From: Mobula hypostoma
Lineage: Eukaryota
Assembly (NCBI RefSeq): GCF_963921235.1
Contig: NC_086097.1
Location: 242,608,001 to 242,672,000 of the forward strand
DNA: 64,000 bases
Direction of reading: 5' to 3'
Position numbers and translations under genes: made by a program. Positions 25,490-38,538 of this stretch are shown one piece after another. Numbering within the stretch: the first letter of the stretch is position 1; every line of letters begins with the position of its first letter. The notes under the pieces are model-generated. The model saw only the letters and a program-made list of their open reading frames with translations, made no database searches and was not told the origin of the DNA.

Positions 25490-25870
25490 ATGTCATCAAT
25501 GACTTGCAAATTTCTACAGATTACCGTGAAGAGCATTCTGACTAGTAGTATCATCAACTGGCATGGAGACAGCAATGAACAGAATCGGAAAAGGCTGCAG
25601 AGGGCTATAAACTGAGTCAGCTCCTTTTATGGGAACCAGCCACCTCATCATTGAGGATATTGTTAAAAGGCAGCATCAATCATTATGAACCTTCACCATC
25701 TGGGACATGCCTTCTTCTCAACTACCACGGAGGTGGCAGAAGAGTCCGAAGACACACATTCAATGTTTTAGGAACAGTTTAGTCTGCTCCACTGTCTGAA
25801 TGGTTAATGAACACTCACTCACTATTTGCTCTTCTTGCACTTAAAAAAAAAGTATATTTCTTATTGTAAC
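25490..25870 (+). mobile_element. Rex1-like LINE 3' fragment
   Basis: Degenerate NFYR...ESILT..I..W.G...RKRLQR remnant. Confidence 0.65.
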
Positions 25871-25873
25871 ATA

Positions 25874-26272
25874 CACTGAGTGGGCACTTTAATAGGTACC
25901 TCCTGTATCTAATGAAATGGCCACTGACTATATGTTCGCAGTCTGCTGCCGTAGCCCATCTACTTCAAGGTTCGATGCCTTGTGCATTCAGAGACACTCT
26001 TCAGCACACAGTTGTAACTCATGATTACTTGAGTTACTGTCGCCTCCTTGTCAGTTTGAACCAGTCTGGCCAGTCTCCTATGACTTCTCTCATTAACCCA
26101 CAGAACTGTCACTCACTGGATATTTTTCTTGGTTGAACCTCTTCATAGTTATACTTTATTGATCCCGGGGGAAATTGGTTTTCGTTTTGACTATACATGC
26201 ACAATTTTTAATGCTTTAAGTTGCTGCCAGATGATTGGCTGATTAGATATTTGCATTAACAAGCAGATGTAC
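25874..26272 (+). mobile_element. Tc1-type MITE (third copy)
   Basis: Same terminus and body as the copies at 15063 and 18195. Confidence 0.7.
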
Positions 26273-27319
26273 CTTTTACGCTTTGCACTCTAATGCTGCT
26301 GCAAAATAACAAACTTCATGACTTACCTATATGCCAGTGATAAGAAACCTATTCTAATAACAAAAACAAAGAATGCTAAACTCACTCACAAATGACTGAG
26401 AAATCAGGGGTAATGATGCTTAGAGCATGGAAGCAAGTATTCTGCATCATCTTTGTCAGAATAATTCAGCTCTCCCCACACTCCACCCCCACCCAACTGT
26501 TCTCCATAAACCAAATCCTTTCCCTTCTAGATGAAGCTACATCTGCCTACACTACTACTTCATCACACAAACCCTAACTCTACACTATAGAAGCTCAAGC
26601 AATTTTTCCAGAACGTTTTCATTATTTTGCCAATCATTTTCATCCTTTGTGCCCTGCAGATTTACATCTTTGATATATAGAACATTTTTAAAATCTACCC
26701 TCCATGATCTCTGCAGGATACAGTCACATCTGCCACAGCCAAAACCACTACCCCAGCTTCTCCAGTCTTTTCTCAAATCCGAAGTGCAACATTCCTGGAA
26801 TCAATCTGCTAAATATGAGCAAGCAAATCTCAAGGTTGTATAATTTACACATTCATTGATAATAAACATACTTGAATTTTGAAATACCTTCTGCAATCTC
26901 TCTAAAAGCTTTATATCTTAACTATCTATAGCCAGGTCCCTCAACACCACCTCTTTAGACAAGAAAGCACAGCAATATCTCCACTTCCTGAGCAGATTGA
27001 GGCTCACCCACCCCCCCAACCCAGTTTAACCAATTTTTACTTGACCTGTTGCATTACAGGGATTAAAAGGCATCTGACCACAAATCCTTACAATGGATTG
27101 CGAGGACTGCTGAGATGATCAGCGGGGTCTCTCTTCCACCCATTAGAGATAGTTATCAGGAGCAATGTGGACGCAGGGTCCTTGGCATTGTCAGTGATCT
27201 CTCCTATCCATCCAACAATCTCTTTGACCCTTCCCCCCATGACCAACTTTCACAACATATGCCAGTGATATTAAACCTGATTCTGATGTGTCACCACGTT
27301 TCCAGTGCCTAACATAGCA

Positions 27320-27825
27320 TGTTTGGAATGTGGGAGAAAACTGGCGCACGTGAAGGAAACCTATGCAGTCATGGGAAGAACGCAGAGACAGTAATGGGAG
27401 TCAAACTCTGATCGGTGATTGCTGGCTCTATAAAGCGATTGTGCTAACCTCCATGTTACCATGCCACCCATGCAGCTTAATTGCCGCTGGAATTTGTACT
27501 TCACATGCCAATTTTTAGCACAGTCCTGTCCAACTATCTTTTGCAAAGTCCAGCAGCATTGTTTTATTCATTACTTATTGACATGTGGTGCAGAATAGGT
27601 CATTTCAGTCCGTCAAAGCCTGCAGCCCAGCAAACCCCCGATTTAATCCTAGCCTAATCACGGGACAATAACCAATTAACCTACCAATGGTAGGTCTTTG
27701 AACTTTGGGGAGGAAACCTATGCGATCACGGGGAAGACACACAAACTCCTTATACGGAGCAGGGGGAATTGAATCTGAATTGCTGGTACTGTCAAGCATT
27801 GTGTTAACCACTATGCTACCATGCA
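27320..27825 (-). mobile_element. Two V-SINE/HE1-like fragments
   Basis: TTTGGAATGTGGGAG.AAAC blocks with tRNA-like heads. Confidence 0.6.
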
Positions 27826-29038
27826 TTTCTGTTAGAAATGTAGTGTATTTCACTAGTACCTTTACTGTGCTACTACTTTCATGAGCAGATTCCCTACTTG
27901 GTTTCAGACTGGGTTCTTACATTTTTCCTCTTCATATTCCTGCATTGCTTTTGCTTCCCTTATTGTTCCCCCTCCCCGCCCCCCCCCCCCACATTTTGAC
28001 TCTATTTTAAAATCTTCCCTCTCAACTCTGTAATTAACCTCATTTGCACTTGCACTATCCATATCAAATGTCTTTCTCTCCCTCACCCACTTTCCTTTTT
28101 ACCTAGGTAATTCTGGCTTTAGCTTCATTACCCTTCTTTCCTACTTCAAAGAGCAGCACGTTATTCATGTCAGCCAATTAGCAATGTCACAATGACTTTA
28201 TATCATGCATGCCATTTTGTCATTTCACTTTGCTGACTGATGGATCTAACAGTGCTCAAACTGGTTGCTACATTTCCTATGACAAAAACCAACTAATTTG
28301 ACTGAAACACGATCCTGAAGGGTTATGACAGAATGCTCTGGAAAAGACACCTTGAGTGGGAATCTAGAACCTTGGAAGCCAACGTAAGAGGTTGCTATTT
28401 AGTATACGGATGAGATGGTTTTCCTTTTGGGGGTATGTGTCATTGCAACACTTCCTCAGTGGTTGATGGAAGCAGAGTCTCTGAATATTATTTTTACAGT
28501 GCTAGATATCATCTGTATTGGAAATATGAAGCTGAATCATGATTGTATGGGCTAATTCAATATGCCACCTGAAATCAGTGTTCTCCTCAAGCAAATATTA
28601 ATCTGATCCGATGCAATATGGACCCATTTTAACTGTGGCTTCTCAGGGCTGGGCAGTGAAGCATGGCAAGGCGTAACAGTGTTTAAGCCTCAGCCAGTAT
28701 ACTGCCAAAGCCCCAAACTCCAGAATGCTTTAGCTCCTGTCCAACTTGTCAAAATTCTGTAAGAATTTAGAAACGTAGAATTACTTCAAAAATATTAAAG
28801 TTCAAAGTAAACTGATAAAAGTACCTATGTCACCTTGAGATTCATTCTCTTGCGGGCAATTCACAGCAGAGAAAAAGAAACTCAGCAGAATCAATTAAAA
28901 ACTACTCAAAGGTAGACAAACAACTAATGTGCAAAAGACGAAGTGCAAATACAAATAAATGATAATAGTACATAAACTATTGAGAACAAGAATTGTAAAG
29001 TCCATGAAAATGAGTCCATAGGTTGTAGAATCAGTTCA

Positions 29039-29873
29039 TAGAAACATAGAAAACCTACAGCACAATACAGGCCCTTCAGCCTACAAAGCTGTGCTGAACA
29101 TATCCTTACCTTAGAACTACCAAGGCTTCTCATAGACGACTATTTTTCTCAGCTCCCTGTATCCATCCAGGAGTCTCTCAAAAGACCCTATCGTTTCCGG
29201 CAGCCCATTCCACACACTCACCACTCTCTGCGTAAAAAACTTACCCCTGACATCTCCTCTGTACCTACTTCCAAGCACCTTAAAACTATACCCTCTCGTG
29301 CTAGCCATTTCAGCCCTGGGAAAAAGCCTCTGACTATCCACACGATCAACGCCTCTCATTATTTTGTACACCTCTTTCAGGTCACCTCTCATCCTCTATC
29401 GCTCCAAGGAGAAAAGGCCGAGTTCACTCAACCTATTCTCATAAGGCATGCTCTCCAATCCAGGCAACATCTTTGTAAATCTCCTCTGCACCCTTTCTAT
29501 GGTTTCCACGCCCTTCCTGTAGTGAGGCGACCAGAATTGACCACAGTACTCCAAGTGGGGTCTGACCAGGGTCCTACATAGCTGCAACATTACCTCTTGG
29601 CTCTTAAACTCAATCCCACGATTGATGAAGGCCAATGCACCGTATGCCTTCTTAAACACAGAGTCAACCTGAGTAGCAGCTTCGAGTGTCCTACGGACTC
29701 GGACCCCAAGATCCCTCTGATGCTCCATGCTGCCAAGAGTCTTACCATTAATACTATATTCTGCCATATTTGACCTACCAAAATGAACCACTTCACACTT
29801 ATCTGGGTTGATCTCCATCTGCCACTTCGCAGCCCAGTTTTGCATCCTTTCCATGTCCCGCTGCAACCTCTGA
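29039..29873 (-). mobile_element. 5'-truncated CR1 LINE (ORF2 C-terminus, one in-frame stop)
   Basis: Translates to W.MEINPDKC.V.HFG, RDLGV, LVRPHLEYC.QFWSP, RGDL.EVYKIM. (TTCTATGT)-type tail and TSD CAGTTCA (29032-29038, 29874-29880), inserted in a Rex1-like 3'UTR (28800-29890). Confidence 0.93.
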
Positions 29874-29946
29874 CAGTTCAGTGTTGACTAATCCGTACAC
29901 TAAAATTAAAACAAGATACTAATAATTAAAGAAAATAAAATGGGAT

Positions 29947-30310
29947 GGTGTGGTGGAAATACATCTCTGCCAAAGGTGTAAGGTGCTCCTTCACTCCACT
30001 AGACTGCAGATCACAGTTGGACAAGGTACATGCCTAGCCACCCCCCTCCCCAATCAGGGTCACGCGAAGCCATGGGAGCAGGTGGTGGATGGTCGTATGA
30101 GTAGCAGGTGCATATCACAAGTCCTAGTTATGCAACCACTGATGCCAGGCGGACAACTTCTGAAGAGTATTGATAATGGCTGGGGTCACTCATCATGTAA
30201 AGAGACTGCTCAGAAGCAGACAATGGCAAACCACTTCTGTGGGGAAAAACTTCCAAGAACAATTATGGTCATGGAACGACCATTATCGCCCATGTCATTA
30301 CGAACGAACA
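29947..30310 (+). mobile_element. Non-coding SINE-like repeat with RTE-type tail
   Basis: Second copy at 60294-60668; 3' part GGCAAACCACTTC...ACGAACGAAC. Confidence 0.65.
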
Positions 30311-30789
30311 TGAAAAAAAAGATTTTTTCCTTCCTGACCTCCATGTCAGGATTACCTCTGTAAAAGAATGGAGATGCAGATCCTATGCCAATTCACAAAT
30401 TGGCAAAGGATCAGAGGAGGAATCTCAGTATAAACAGCCTCTGCTGCTGGACTTGACAATACAGTTCACCACCAGAGCAGAGTAATGGTCGCTTCAACAG
30501 TTGGCTTGTCCTAGACTTGGGATGGAGCCAGCAAATTTGGGACACATTTGTCTGAGCAACTGAATGCCAGAAGTTTCCTTCAGAATCACAAACCACAGTA
30601 AGCTCACTCTGGTCCCATAGTTAGCTTCTTCAATGTATTAGGAACAATTAATTTTCAGTTATGCCTCAAAACACCAGTATGTGCAAAGTAGAGTGCAATG
30701 GTTGCTTTATGTATAATGCTACGTGAGATACTAATTTTTCATTTAATATTCTGGGTGTGCCAACACTAATTTGAAAGCAATGAGAATTA

Positions 30790-31072
30790 AGACCATAAGA
30801 TATAGGAGCAGTATTAAGCCATTTGGCCCATCAAGTGTGCTCTGCCATTTCATTATGGCTGATCCATTTTTCTTCTCAGGACGAATCTCTTGCTTTCACC
30901 CCATATCCCTTCACACCCTGACCAATCAAGAACCTATCAACCTCTGTCTTAAATATATGTAAAAACTTGTTCTCTACAGCTGCCTGTGGCAATTAATTTC
31001 ATAGATTTACCACTCTCCAGTTAAAGAAATTCCTCATTTCCATTCTAAATGAATGTCCCTCTATTCTAAGGC
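30790..31072 (-). mobile_element. CR1 3' fragment
   Basis: Matches the other CR1 3' ends. Confidence 0.75.
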
Positions 31073-31934
31073 AATTAAATGTCCATCAACCAAGCATTAC
31101 ATAAATATATAGAAAAGCCCATACCAATTGTTCATTAACAAATTATAAATGTAACTCTAACAGCAGGTTTTTCATCTATATAATATCCCAACTCAAGATA
31201 AACTTTATCCAAATGTTTGATGCATTGTAAATCTAGGCACTGTTTCTGTTTAATACATAATTGCATTGTTCCAAAGTCAATATACCATGACAATAGAAGC
31301 AAACTAATTGACTGTCAAGCTACTCTTGCAATCATTCATCCAAAAGAAGAAACACTGCAATATTCTCTCTGCCAACACAATTCCCATATGTCTAAAGGTA
31401 TAACAATCTGTCCTTTTATTAAACAATGTGTCAGCTTCAAGCCTTGCAGAATGCTATCACTATTCAGGAACAGTTGTTACTAGATAGATGCTGAAAGAGC
31501 TGTTGCTGGCTCAGGACAATTTTACTAAAATGTTAAGATTTATTGCATTTTTGGAACTAATTAAGGGTATATATTTTTTGAAATATGAACATGGCATTTA
31601 TTTCACAAGATGATAGCTTGTTATTGATACTGTTTCGAATTGCTGCAATTAATACAAGCTGAAATATTTAAAATCTCGGTCCAGTGAGATATGAGAGTTG
31701 CAAAACATGATTACCTCTTGGTGGCATGTGACTTAGTCCTTTGAAGATGGATGCTGCCTTCTTGTGGCAGCAGTGCACTACATGTGCTCAATGGTGGGGA
31801 GGGATTTTCCTGTGATGTGAATCAGCTGATGATATTTGACCCCACAACCCTGTCCAGAGAAATTCTGCAGCTGAAATCTTTGATATCAAAATCATAGAAT
31901 ACCAAGCTGCACAAAGCAACCACTTGATCCACTA

Positions 31935-32256
31935 ATAAGAGGAATAGATAGAGTGGATAGCCAGCGCCTCTTCCCCAGGGCACCACTGCTCAATACAAGA
32001 GGACATGGCTTTAAGGTAAGGGGTGGGAAGTTCAAGGGGGATATTAGAGGAAGGTTTTTTACTCAGAGAGTGGTTGGTGCGTGGAATGCACTGCCTGAGT
32101 CAGTGGTGGAGGCAGATACACTAGTGAAGTTTAAGAGACTTCTAGACAGGTATATGGAGGAATTTAAGGTGGGGGCTTATATGGGAGGCAGGGTTTGGGG
32201 GTCGGCACAACACTGTGGGCCGAAGGGCCTGTACTGGGCTGTACTATTCTATGTTC
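31935..32256 (+). mobile_element. CR1 3' fragment, relatively intact
   Basis: Translates to DSQRLFPR...TRGHGFKVRGGKF..DIRGRFFTQRVVGAWNALP; TTCTATGTTC tail. Confidence 0.9.
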
Positions 32257-32772
32257 AAGCTGGGTTACACTCAAAACTTAAAATACATGAAGTAATAAAA
32301 TAATTCAATAGAGAATCCTTTCAGGCATTAATAAACAGGCACATTAAATATTTGCACATTTACTATTTTCACAGTGGGCTGCATTTCTAAATAAAATAAA
32401 TACTATGTCTATGGTAGCCTTTTCTTAAGCCTTAAAGACTGCCATACATTAGGTCATATGCATTTTGTTCTCTTTGCTGAAGCAGGATACACAGCAGCTC
32501 AAATGCTGAGTAAATACAAGATGCTTCTTTGAAATTGTTTAATATTTACTTAAGACTAGTGTAATATTTAGACTAACCAATAAACACTGAAGGCTATTTT
32601 ACACCTAAACTATCCTGGAATTTGATGGAATCCTATCGAGGCAGAAACCATTAATATTACTAATAATATGAAGCACGTGCTCATCTTCTGTGCCACTAAA
32701 ATACCTCTGGGTAAGAAAGTAAACCAATATGTGAATAATGCATACAATATCCATTGTATACTTTGCACTCAC

Positions 32773-32952
32773 CAACACGAGTTACAACAATCTTGTGAAT
32801 GCTACTGTGAGCAACTGACACTAACAACTTCAACATAGACAACATTCCAGAGTTGTGAACGAAAGTAGCTGACACAGGCAGCTTTTCAAATATTGGCCTA
32901 TGCCAATCTACGTCAATGGATTTCAAGCCACCGAAAGCTTCGCAGTTCATAA
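32773..32952 (-). CDS. Candidate 180-nt host exon (unidentified)
   Basis: Acceptor TTTTATCAG, donor G|GTGAGT, and one open frame (phase 1-1) in repeat-free DNA. The peptide is not recognised. Confidence 0.3.
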
Positions 32953-33517
32953 CTGATAAAACTGATGTTTATTCTTCCATCCAAGGCTAGACTATACAAC
33001 AAACATGCGCCATTGAACAATATGCAAACTGAAAATCATAGCATCAATGCAATGTAGACCTTTTCTCTTTCAAAAGGGAAACAAAATCAGCAGTGGGCAC
33101 AGATAAAAGTAAGGCTTTATGGGTATGTGTTAAAAAACTGGGATAAACCCAGTTTCAAAGAAATAAGGCATTACTGTAAAATAATTTTGGAAGACAGCCC
33201 ATTATAGATGCAGCTCAGTAAAGACATATTCAGAGTTTTAAAGATCCACATGTACTTAACGTTTCAAAAAGTGGACAGAATTGTGGTATACATCTCCCCT
33301 TCGTGTAGTTCATAGTGAATTCCTTGTTATGGTTTAGTGTTTTATGTCTTATGGTCTCCTCTTGCTTGAACACCACACACTCATAACCTCATTTTGCAAC
33401 TGTTACAACAGATAATGAAGTCAATAGTCTCTCAGATATCAGACAAGTAGATTTACTAATGGGTATTCTAGTGTAATATTGGAAGTTATACAAAATAGCA
33501 ACTAAAACCATTCTAAT

Positions 33518-33653
33518 CACAAACAAGAGAAAACCTGCAGATTCTGGAAATCCAAGCAACACATACAAAATGCTGGAGGAACTCAGCAGGCCAGAGAGCA
33601 CCAATGGAAAAGAGTACAGTCGACGTTTCGGGCTGAGAGCCTTCAGCAGGACT
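33518..33653 (-). mobile_element. Penelope pLTR fragment with mutated hammerhead core
   Basis: Same family as 13169. The core reads CTGCTGA instead of CTGANGA. Confidence 0.8.
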
Positions 33654-33671
33654 AAAAGCATTCTCACTGGT

Positions 33672-35704
33672 GGGGGGCGTCACGTGATGACGTGGGATTG
33701 AGACGTGTAAATCCAGCTCTCCCGTAAAAAATCAGCAAAGTACCGTTTAAACAAAGTAAAGTTAATAAATTCTTTCCGAAAACCACTTATAAACTTTGTA
33801 AGACTACTCTACGATATGCCTCGTAAACCGCAACAGAAGAAGTCTGTTGTTGTGAAGTCGCCGCGAGATGGGAGAAAAAAGGGCCAACTGCAGCGATGGA
33901 GCCTCAGATTCAGGTTGGATCTCCTTCAGAGGAGACGTATTTTATCTCTGGCGTAGAAGAACAGGGAGCAATGGCGGCGGTAGCGGTCTCTCTGAAGAAG
34001 ATGCCGGAATTGCGCATGCGCAAAGAAGGACGCATGCGCAAATCGACACAACTTAAACTACAAGAACCGACAGCCACTGCAACTGAAAATGACTCAGAGT
34101 CAGAATTGTTTATGGCAGAGAATACAGATGATGAAGAAGAGGAGGAAGAACTGGAAGAGACTGGAAGTAAAGGAGACGACAGAGACATAAGAGAGGCTTT
34201 ATTGCAATTAACGGCTGAACTAAGAAAATTAAGAACAGAGCTTAGAGACGTGAAGATGTGCTATGATAAAGCTATGAAAAGACAGGATAAAATGGACAAG
34301 AAACTTCAGAAGATGGAAAGAACAATGGAGCATATTAACGATAGAGTGGAAAAAACAGAAAATGATGTGCTTGTCTGGAACACGGAAAGAAATAGACTCT
34401 CGGAGAAAGTGGACGTGTTGGAAAATTTTAGTAGACGTAATAATATTAAAATTGTTGGTCTTAAAGAAGGTATAGAGGGAGATCATCCAATAGAATTTTT
34501 TCAAAGATGGATCCCGAAAACCTTGCAAATGAAAGAGGAAGACCGATCAATTGAAATTGAGTGGGTACATAGAGCTCCAAGACCAAAACCACAAGATGAC
34601 CAATATCCACGATCAATTTAATAAAATTCTTAAGATTTCAAGACAAAGAAAGAATTCTACAGGCGGCTGCCCAAGCTGCCGAGAAGAGAAAAGGGCCACT
34701 GATGATAGAAGGGAAGAAAATTTTTTTCTACCCTGACATAAGTTATGAACTTTTGAGAGAAGGAAGAAAGTGAAAAAAGCCCTATGGGATCACGGTTATC
34801 AATTTATATTGCGTTATCCTGCAACCTTGAAGATTTTTTTGCCTGGTGGAGAAAAAAGATGTTTTGATGATTACCGGAAAGCGGAGGAGTTTGTGCGAGA
34901 TTCTTTGAATAATTCACCAGATACAAGAACAAACCCAGGGGAGCGAGATGGATTGAAGATGAAGACTGGATCAAGGATTACGCCTGTTGGATTTTCAGGC
35001 GGATGAATATATAAATATATTATTAATTATATGAGGGAGGGGAAGAAAGGTTAAAATTTGAGAAATATTAGCTGGGAATAATGACATTAATTTATATATA
35101 TACATACACACACACAATTTTTTGTTGCGGGGGGAGCTGGAAGAAACACTGACCAATCACTACGTTATTCATGTGTGCAAGCGTGGCAATAGCCACGACC
35201 CGCACAATGGACGGGGGTAGAGTTGTGTATCTTTTCATTCACAACATTAGTGGGGGGGGGGTATTTTGTTTTTTCTTTTTTTGTATCTTATCTATCTTTT
35301 TTTTATTTTTGCCTGGATGATTGGGAGGGAAACACACAGCAACATGGTGAAGTTCAAAGAGATTCCCCAGGGAACTATGAGAGTTGAGAAGCTAAGTAAT
35401 GTTTTAGATTTTAAGAGATAAATATGAAACATTTTTGAATATTTGGAGCCCTTATTTACAGCTCCGATGATGAAGATCTTGGTTCCTTGGGGAAAGTAAT
35501 AAATATATATTAAATTTATTTTTAATCCCATAGACCATGTGCAAACCTTCCAATATTCAGGCGGTTCTCTTTTTTTTCTTCTTTTTTTTTCTTTTCTCTT
35601 TAGGTAGGAGTATATATCGGGGGGAGGGTTAAGGGGAAGGGGGAGGGTAGATATTATTTTCTCATGTATTCACTTTGAAAACTCAATAAAAATTATATAT
35701 AAAA
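33672..35704 (+). mobile_element. ORF1-only L1-clade element (HAL1-like), both ends present
   Basis: G-run 5' end, ORF1, T-rich 3'UTR, AATAAA (~35686) and A tail. 18-bp TSD AAAAGCATTCTCAC(T/C)GGT at 33654-33671 and 35705-35722. Confidence 0.9.
33816..35006 (+). pseudogene. L1 ORF1p (coiled coil, RRM, CTD), frameshifted
   Basis: Heptad coiled coil, then ENFSRRNNIKIVGLKEGIEG, IE.VHR, PRSI/LIKFLRFQDKERIL, IFFYPDIS and LRYPATLKI. About 3 frameshifts (~33880, ~34618, ~34757). Confidence 0.9.
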
Positions 35705-37289
35705 AAAAGCATTCTCACCGGTAGAAGCATGGGCAGGAGGGGATGAAAGAGGACAATGATCACTTTTATAACATTCAGTATTAAATACTCTGAAAGAGTG
35801 CTATCATTTGTATGTGAGAAGTTTCATGCTGGAAATAGTTCAGATCAGAAGAAAAATCAATCCCCAGGAGTAACGCATACAAAATACTGGAGGAAAAGAG
35901 CAGGTCAGGCGGCATCGACTGAACGGAATAAAGAGTCAACATTTTGGGTGGAGACTCATCAGGACTAAGGATTTATTCTTTAATAAATAACAGTGAATGT
36001 ACAAAAGGTCGAGGATATGTAAAGTTTCCTTGACTTTTCATATTCCATAAAGTAAATATCCACGAAACTAATGTTGTTGAATAATTTAAACAATCTCAAT
36101 GCCAAGAATTTACTGTTAAAAATTACATTTTGTTTGGGAAATTTTGGGAGAAGATTGGAATAACAAACTTCCCCCCTCCTCCATTCCATTAAAAAGTAAT
36201 CAACGCCCCTGTCTGTAAAGGAGAAGGCAATTTACAACTGTTTAAAGGGGGACAAATTGGGCCCTTTGATAACTTTTGAGGAGATGAGTGGTTGTGAATG
36301 CTTCCATTTTTTGTACTCCGTAGTGAAAAACAAAGGACAAATCAAAACAGAATATGAAAAAATGTATGACTGAAAAGGAATAAATCCAAGAACCATTCTG
36401 TTGCTTTTCATGTAAACTGCAAAAGTTGCATGTGGACAAACATTGAAATTCTCTTTACATTGCCTCAGGGAAAGGAAGAGATTCTGGAACAAAAGCCAAC
36501 TGTGTGCTATAGAGAGGAAAACACTGAAAACAATGGAAAAGGATAGTACACAATAACCTAGCCTCCAGCTTTACAAAAGTTGGCTGAATCTTGTGTACCT
36601 GAAGCCACTGAGCAAGCTGATAAACAAGTTTATCCTAAGGCTGTGGTTGATGTTGTTATCCACGTTAGACACAGAACTCCCAAGTGCTCTAATGGAAGTT
36701 ACTGCTTAGAGCTCAACATTTCTGTTCCCCAAACTGGAGGAACTCAGGACAACAGACCATCTTCACCAAGACTCACACAAACAAGGGGAAATCTGCAGAT
36801 GCTGGAAATGCAAGCAACACACTGAAGTCAGTTGAAATACAAGATTCAGGATTGTTTAATGCCATTTCCAATGTACAATATAGATTATTCATTTTCACCA
36901 CACAAACAACAGTCTCATTATTCAAAGCTTCATCATCTCCCCTTTACTAAATCCAACCGGCCATCACTGTATGGATATCTCCTTATTAGAATGGAACTTA
37001 TTGACGTTTAGAGGCTTGAGAGGGTAAGAGAAATAGGATGAAACATTTCTTTTTATCCATGTTTAAAGCACGGCTGCAATGAGTTTTGCAGAGAAAAACC
37101 GGCAAGATCCAACCTAAGATCAGTTAGTACTATTTAGCAACACACATCTCGCTCATTATCTCTTTGCTGAGGATTGATGGTTAAATGTTGGATATCAGCT
37201 AATGACCAGATTTGTCCTTTTATTCTTGGACAGGAAACATCAGGGCATTTTTCTATGTTTGGAGCTAGATCCTGTTGTTTTGCTCAAAG

Positions 37290-38090
37290 TGCTTAGCCCA
37301 CTGCTCTACTCTCTACACCCATGACTGTGTGGCTATCTACAGCTCAAATGTCATCTATAAATTTGCTGATGATACAACTATTGTTGGCAGAATTTCAGAT
37401 GATGACAAGAGGGTGTACAGGAGCGAGACATATCAGCTAGTTGGATAGTGTCGCAGCAACAATCTTGCACTCAAATGTTAGTAAGACCAAAGAACTGATT
37501 GCAGACTTCAGAAAGGGCAAGATGAACAAACACATACCAGTCATCACGGGAGGATCAGAAGTAGAAAAGAGTGAGCAATTTCAAGTAGAATATCTCTGAG
37601 GATCTAACCTAGACCCAACTTATCTTTGCAGCTACAAAGAATGTATGACAGCGGCTATATTTCATTAGGAGTTTGATGAGATTAGTTATGTCACCAAAAA
37701 CACCAGAATTTCTACAGAAAAACCTTGGAGAGCATCCTAACTGGCTGCATCACTGCCTGGTATGGGGGGGGGGGGCGGGTGCTACTGCACAGAATCCAAG
37801 CAAGCTGCAGAGTTATAAACAGTCAGCTCCATCATGGGAACTAGCCTCCAGAATATCCAGGACATTTACAAGTTGTGATGCCTCAAATAGGCAACATCCA
37901 TTAAGGACACCCATCACCTAGGTCATGCCTTGTTCTCATTGCTACCATCAGGAAGAAGGTACAGAAGCATGATGGTACACACTTAACAATTCAGGAGCAG
38001 CTTCTTCCCTTTTGCCATCTGATTTCTGAATGGACATTGAACCCATGAAAATTACCACACTAGTTTTATTTCCATTTTTGTTCAACTTTG
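37290..38090 (+). mobile_element. Rex1-clade LINE RT fragment, degenerate
   Basis: LSPLLYS.YTHDCVA, KFADDTTIVG (RT catalytic motif) and KTKELI.DFRK, with stops and frameshifts. Confidence 0.85.
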
Positions 38091-38280
38091 GTTCTGGTAC
38101 TTAAATGAAGATGCTGAGGATAAGGATGATTTTAGACCACAAGCCCATAAGATATGGAAGAAGTAGGCCATTTGGCCCATCAAGTCTGCTCTACCATTCA
38201 ACCACGGGCTGATCTAATTCTACCAGTCATCTCCACTCCCCTGCCTTCACTCCATACCCCTTGATGCCTTGGCTAATCAA

Positions 38281-38538
38281 TGATGACGATGTCGACTCAG
38301 ACCTGAGAGGCCAGCGTCGGGCATTTTTCATGCCTTACAAGGTGCAGTTCAAAAGGCTGTGTGGGGCGCCACTCCTCGCACGGACATTTTGGAGTATTAT
38401 TTTACGAGGCCAAGTTGCCAGCTCAACATCAACCTGGCACGGATGGAGAGCGCACAGGGGGGCGGTCTGTCACTGGATCAAACTCGGGAACCTCCGTTCT
38501 CGAGCCTGGCACTGATCTCACTGCGCCACCAGCCGACC
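38281..38538 (-). mobile_element. tRNA-derived SINE (second family) inserted in a CR1 3' end (38135-38565)
   Basis: Minus-strand head GGTCGGCTGGTGGCGCAGTG...GAGTTTGATCC and (CAT)n tail. The host CR1 is split at CTAATCAA/GAACCTATC. A related piece lies at ~23910-23995. Confidence 0.75.

Noticed and set aside
33896..34621. 241-aa ORF as a host gene (L1TD1-like domesticated ORF1 or coiled-coil protein)
   Set aside because: It is a frameshifted part of ORF1 inside a TSD-flanked, A-tailed element.
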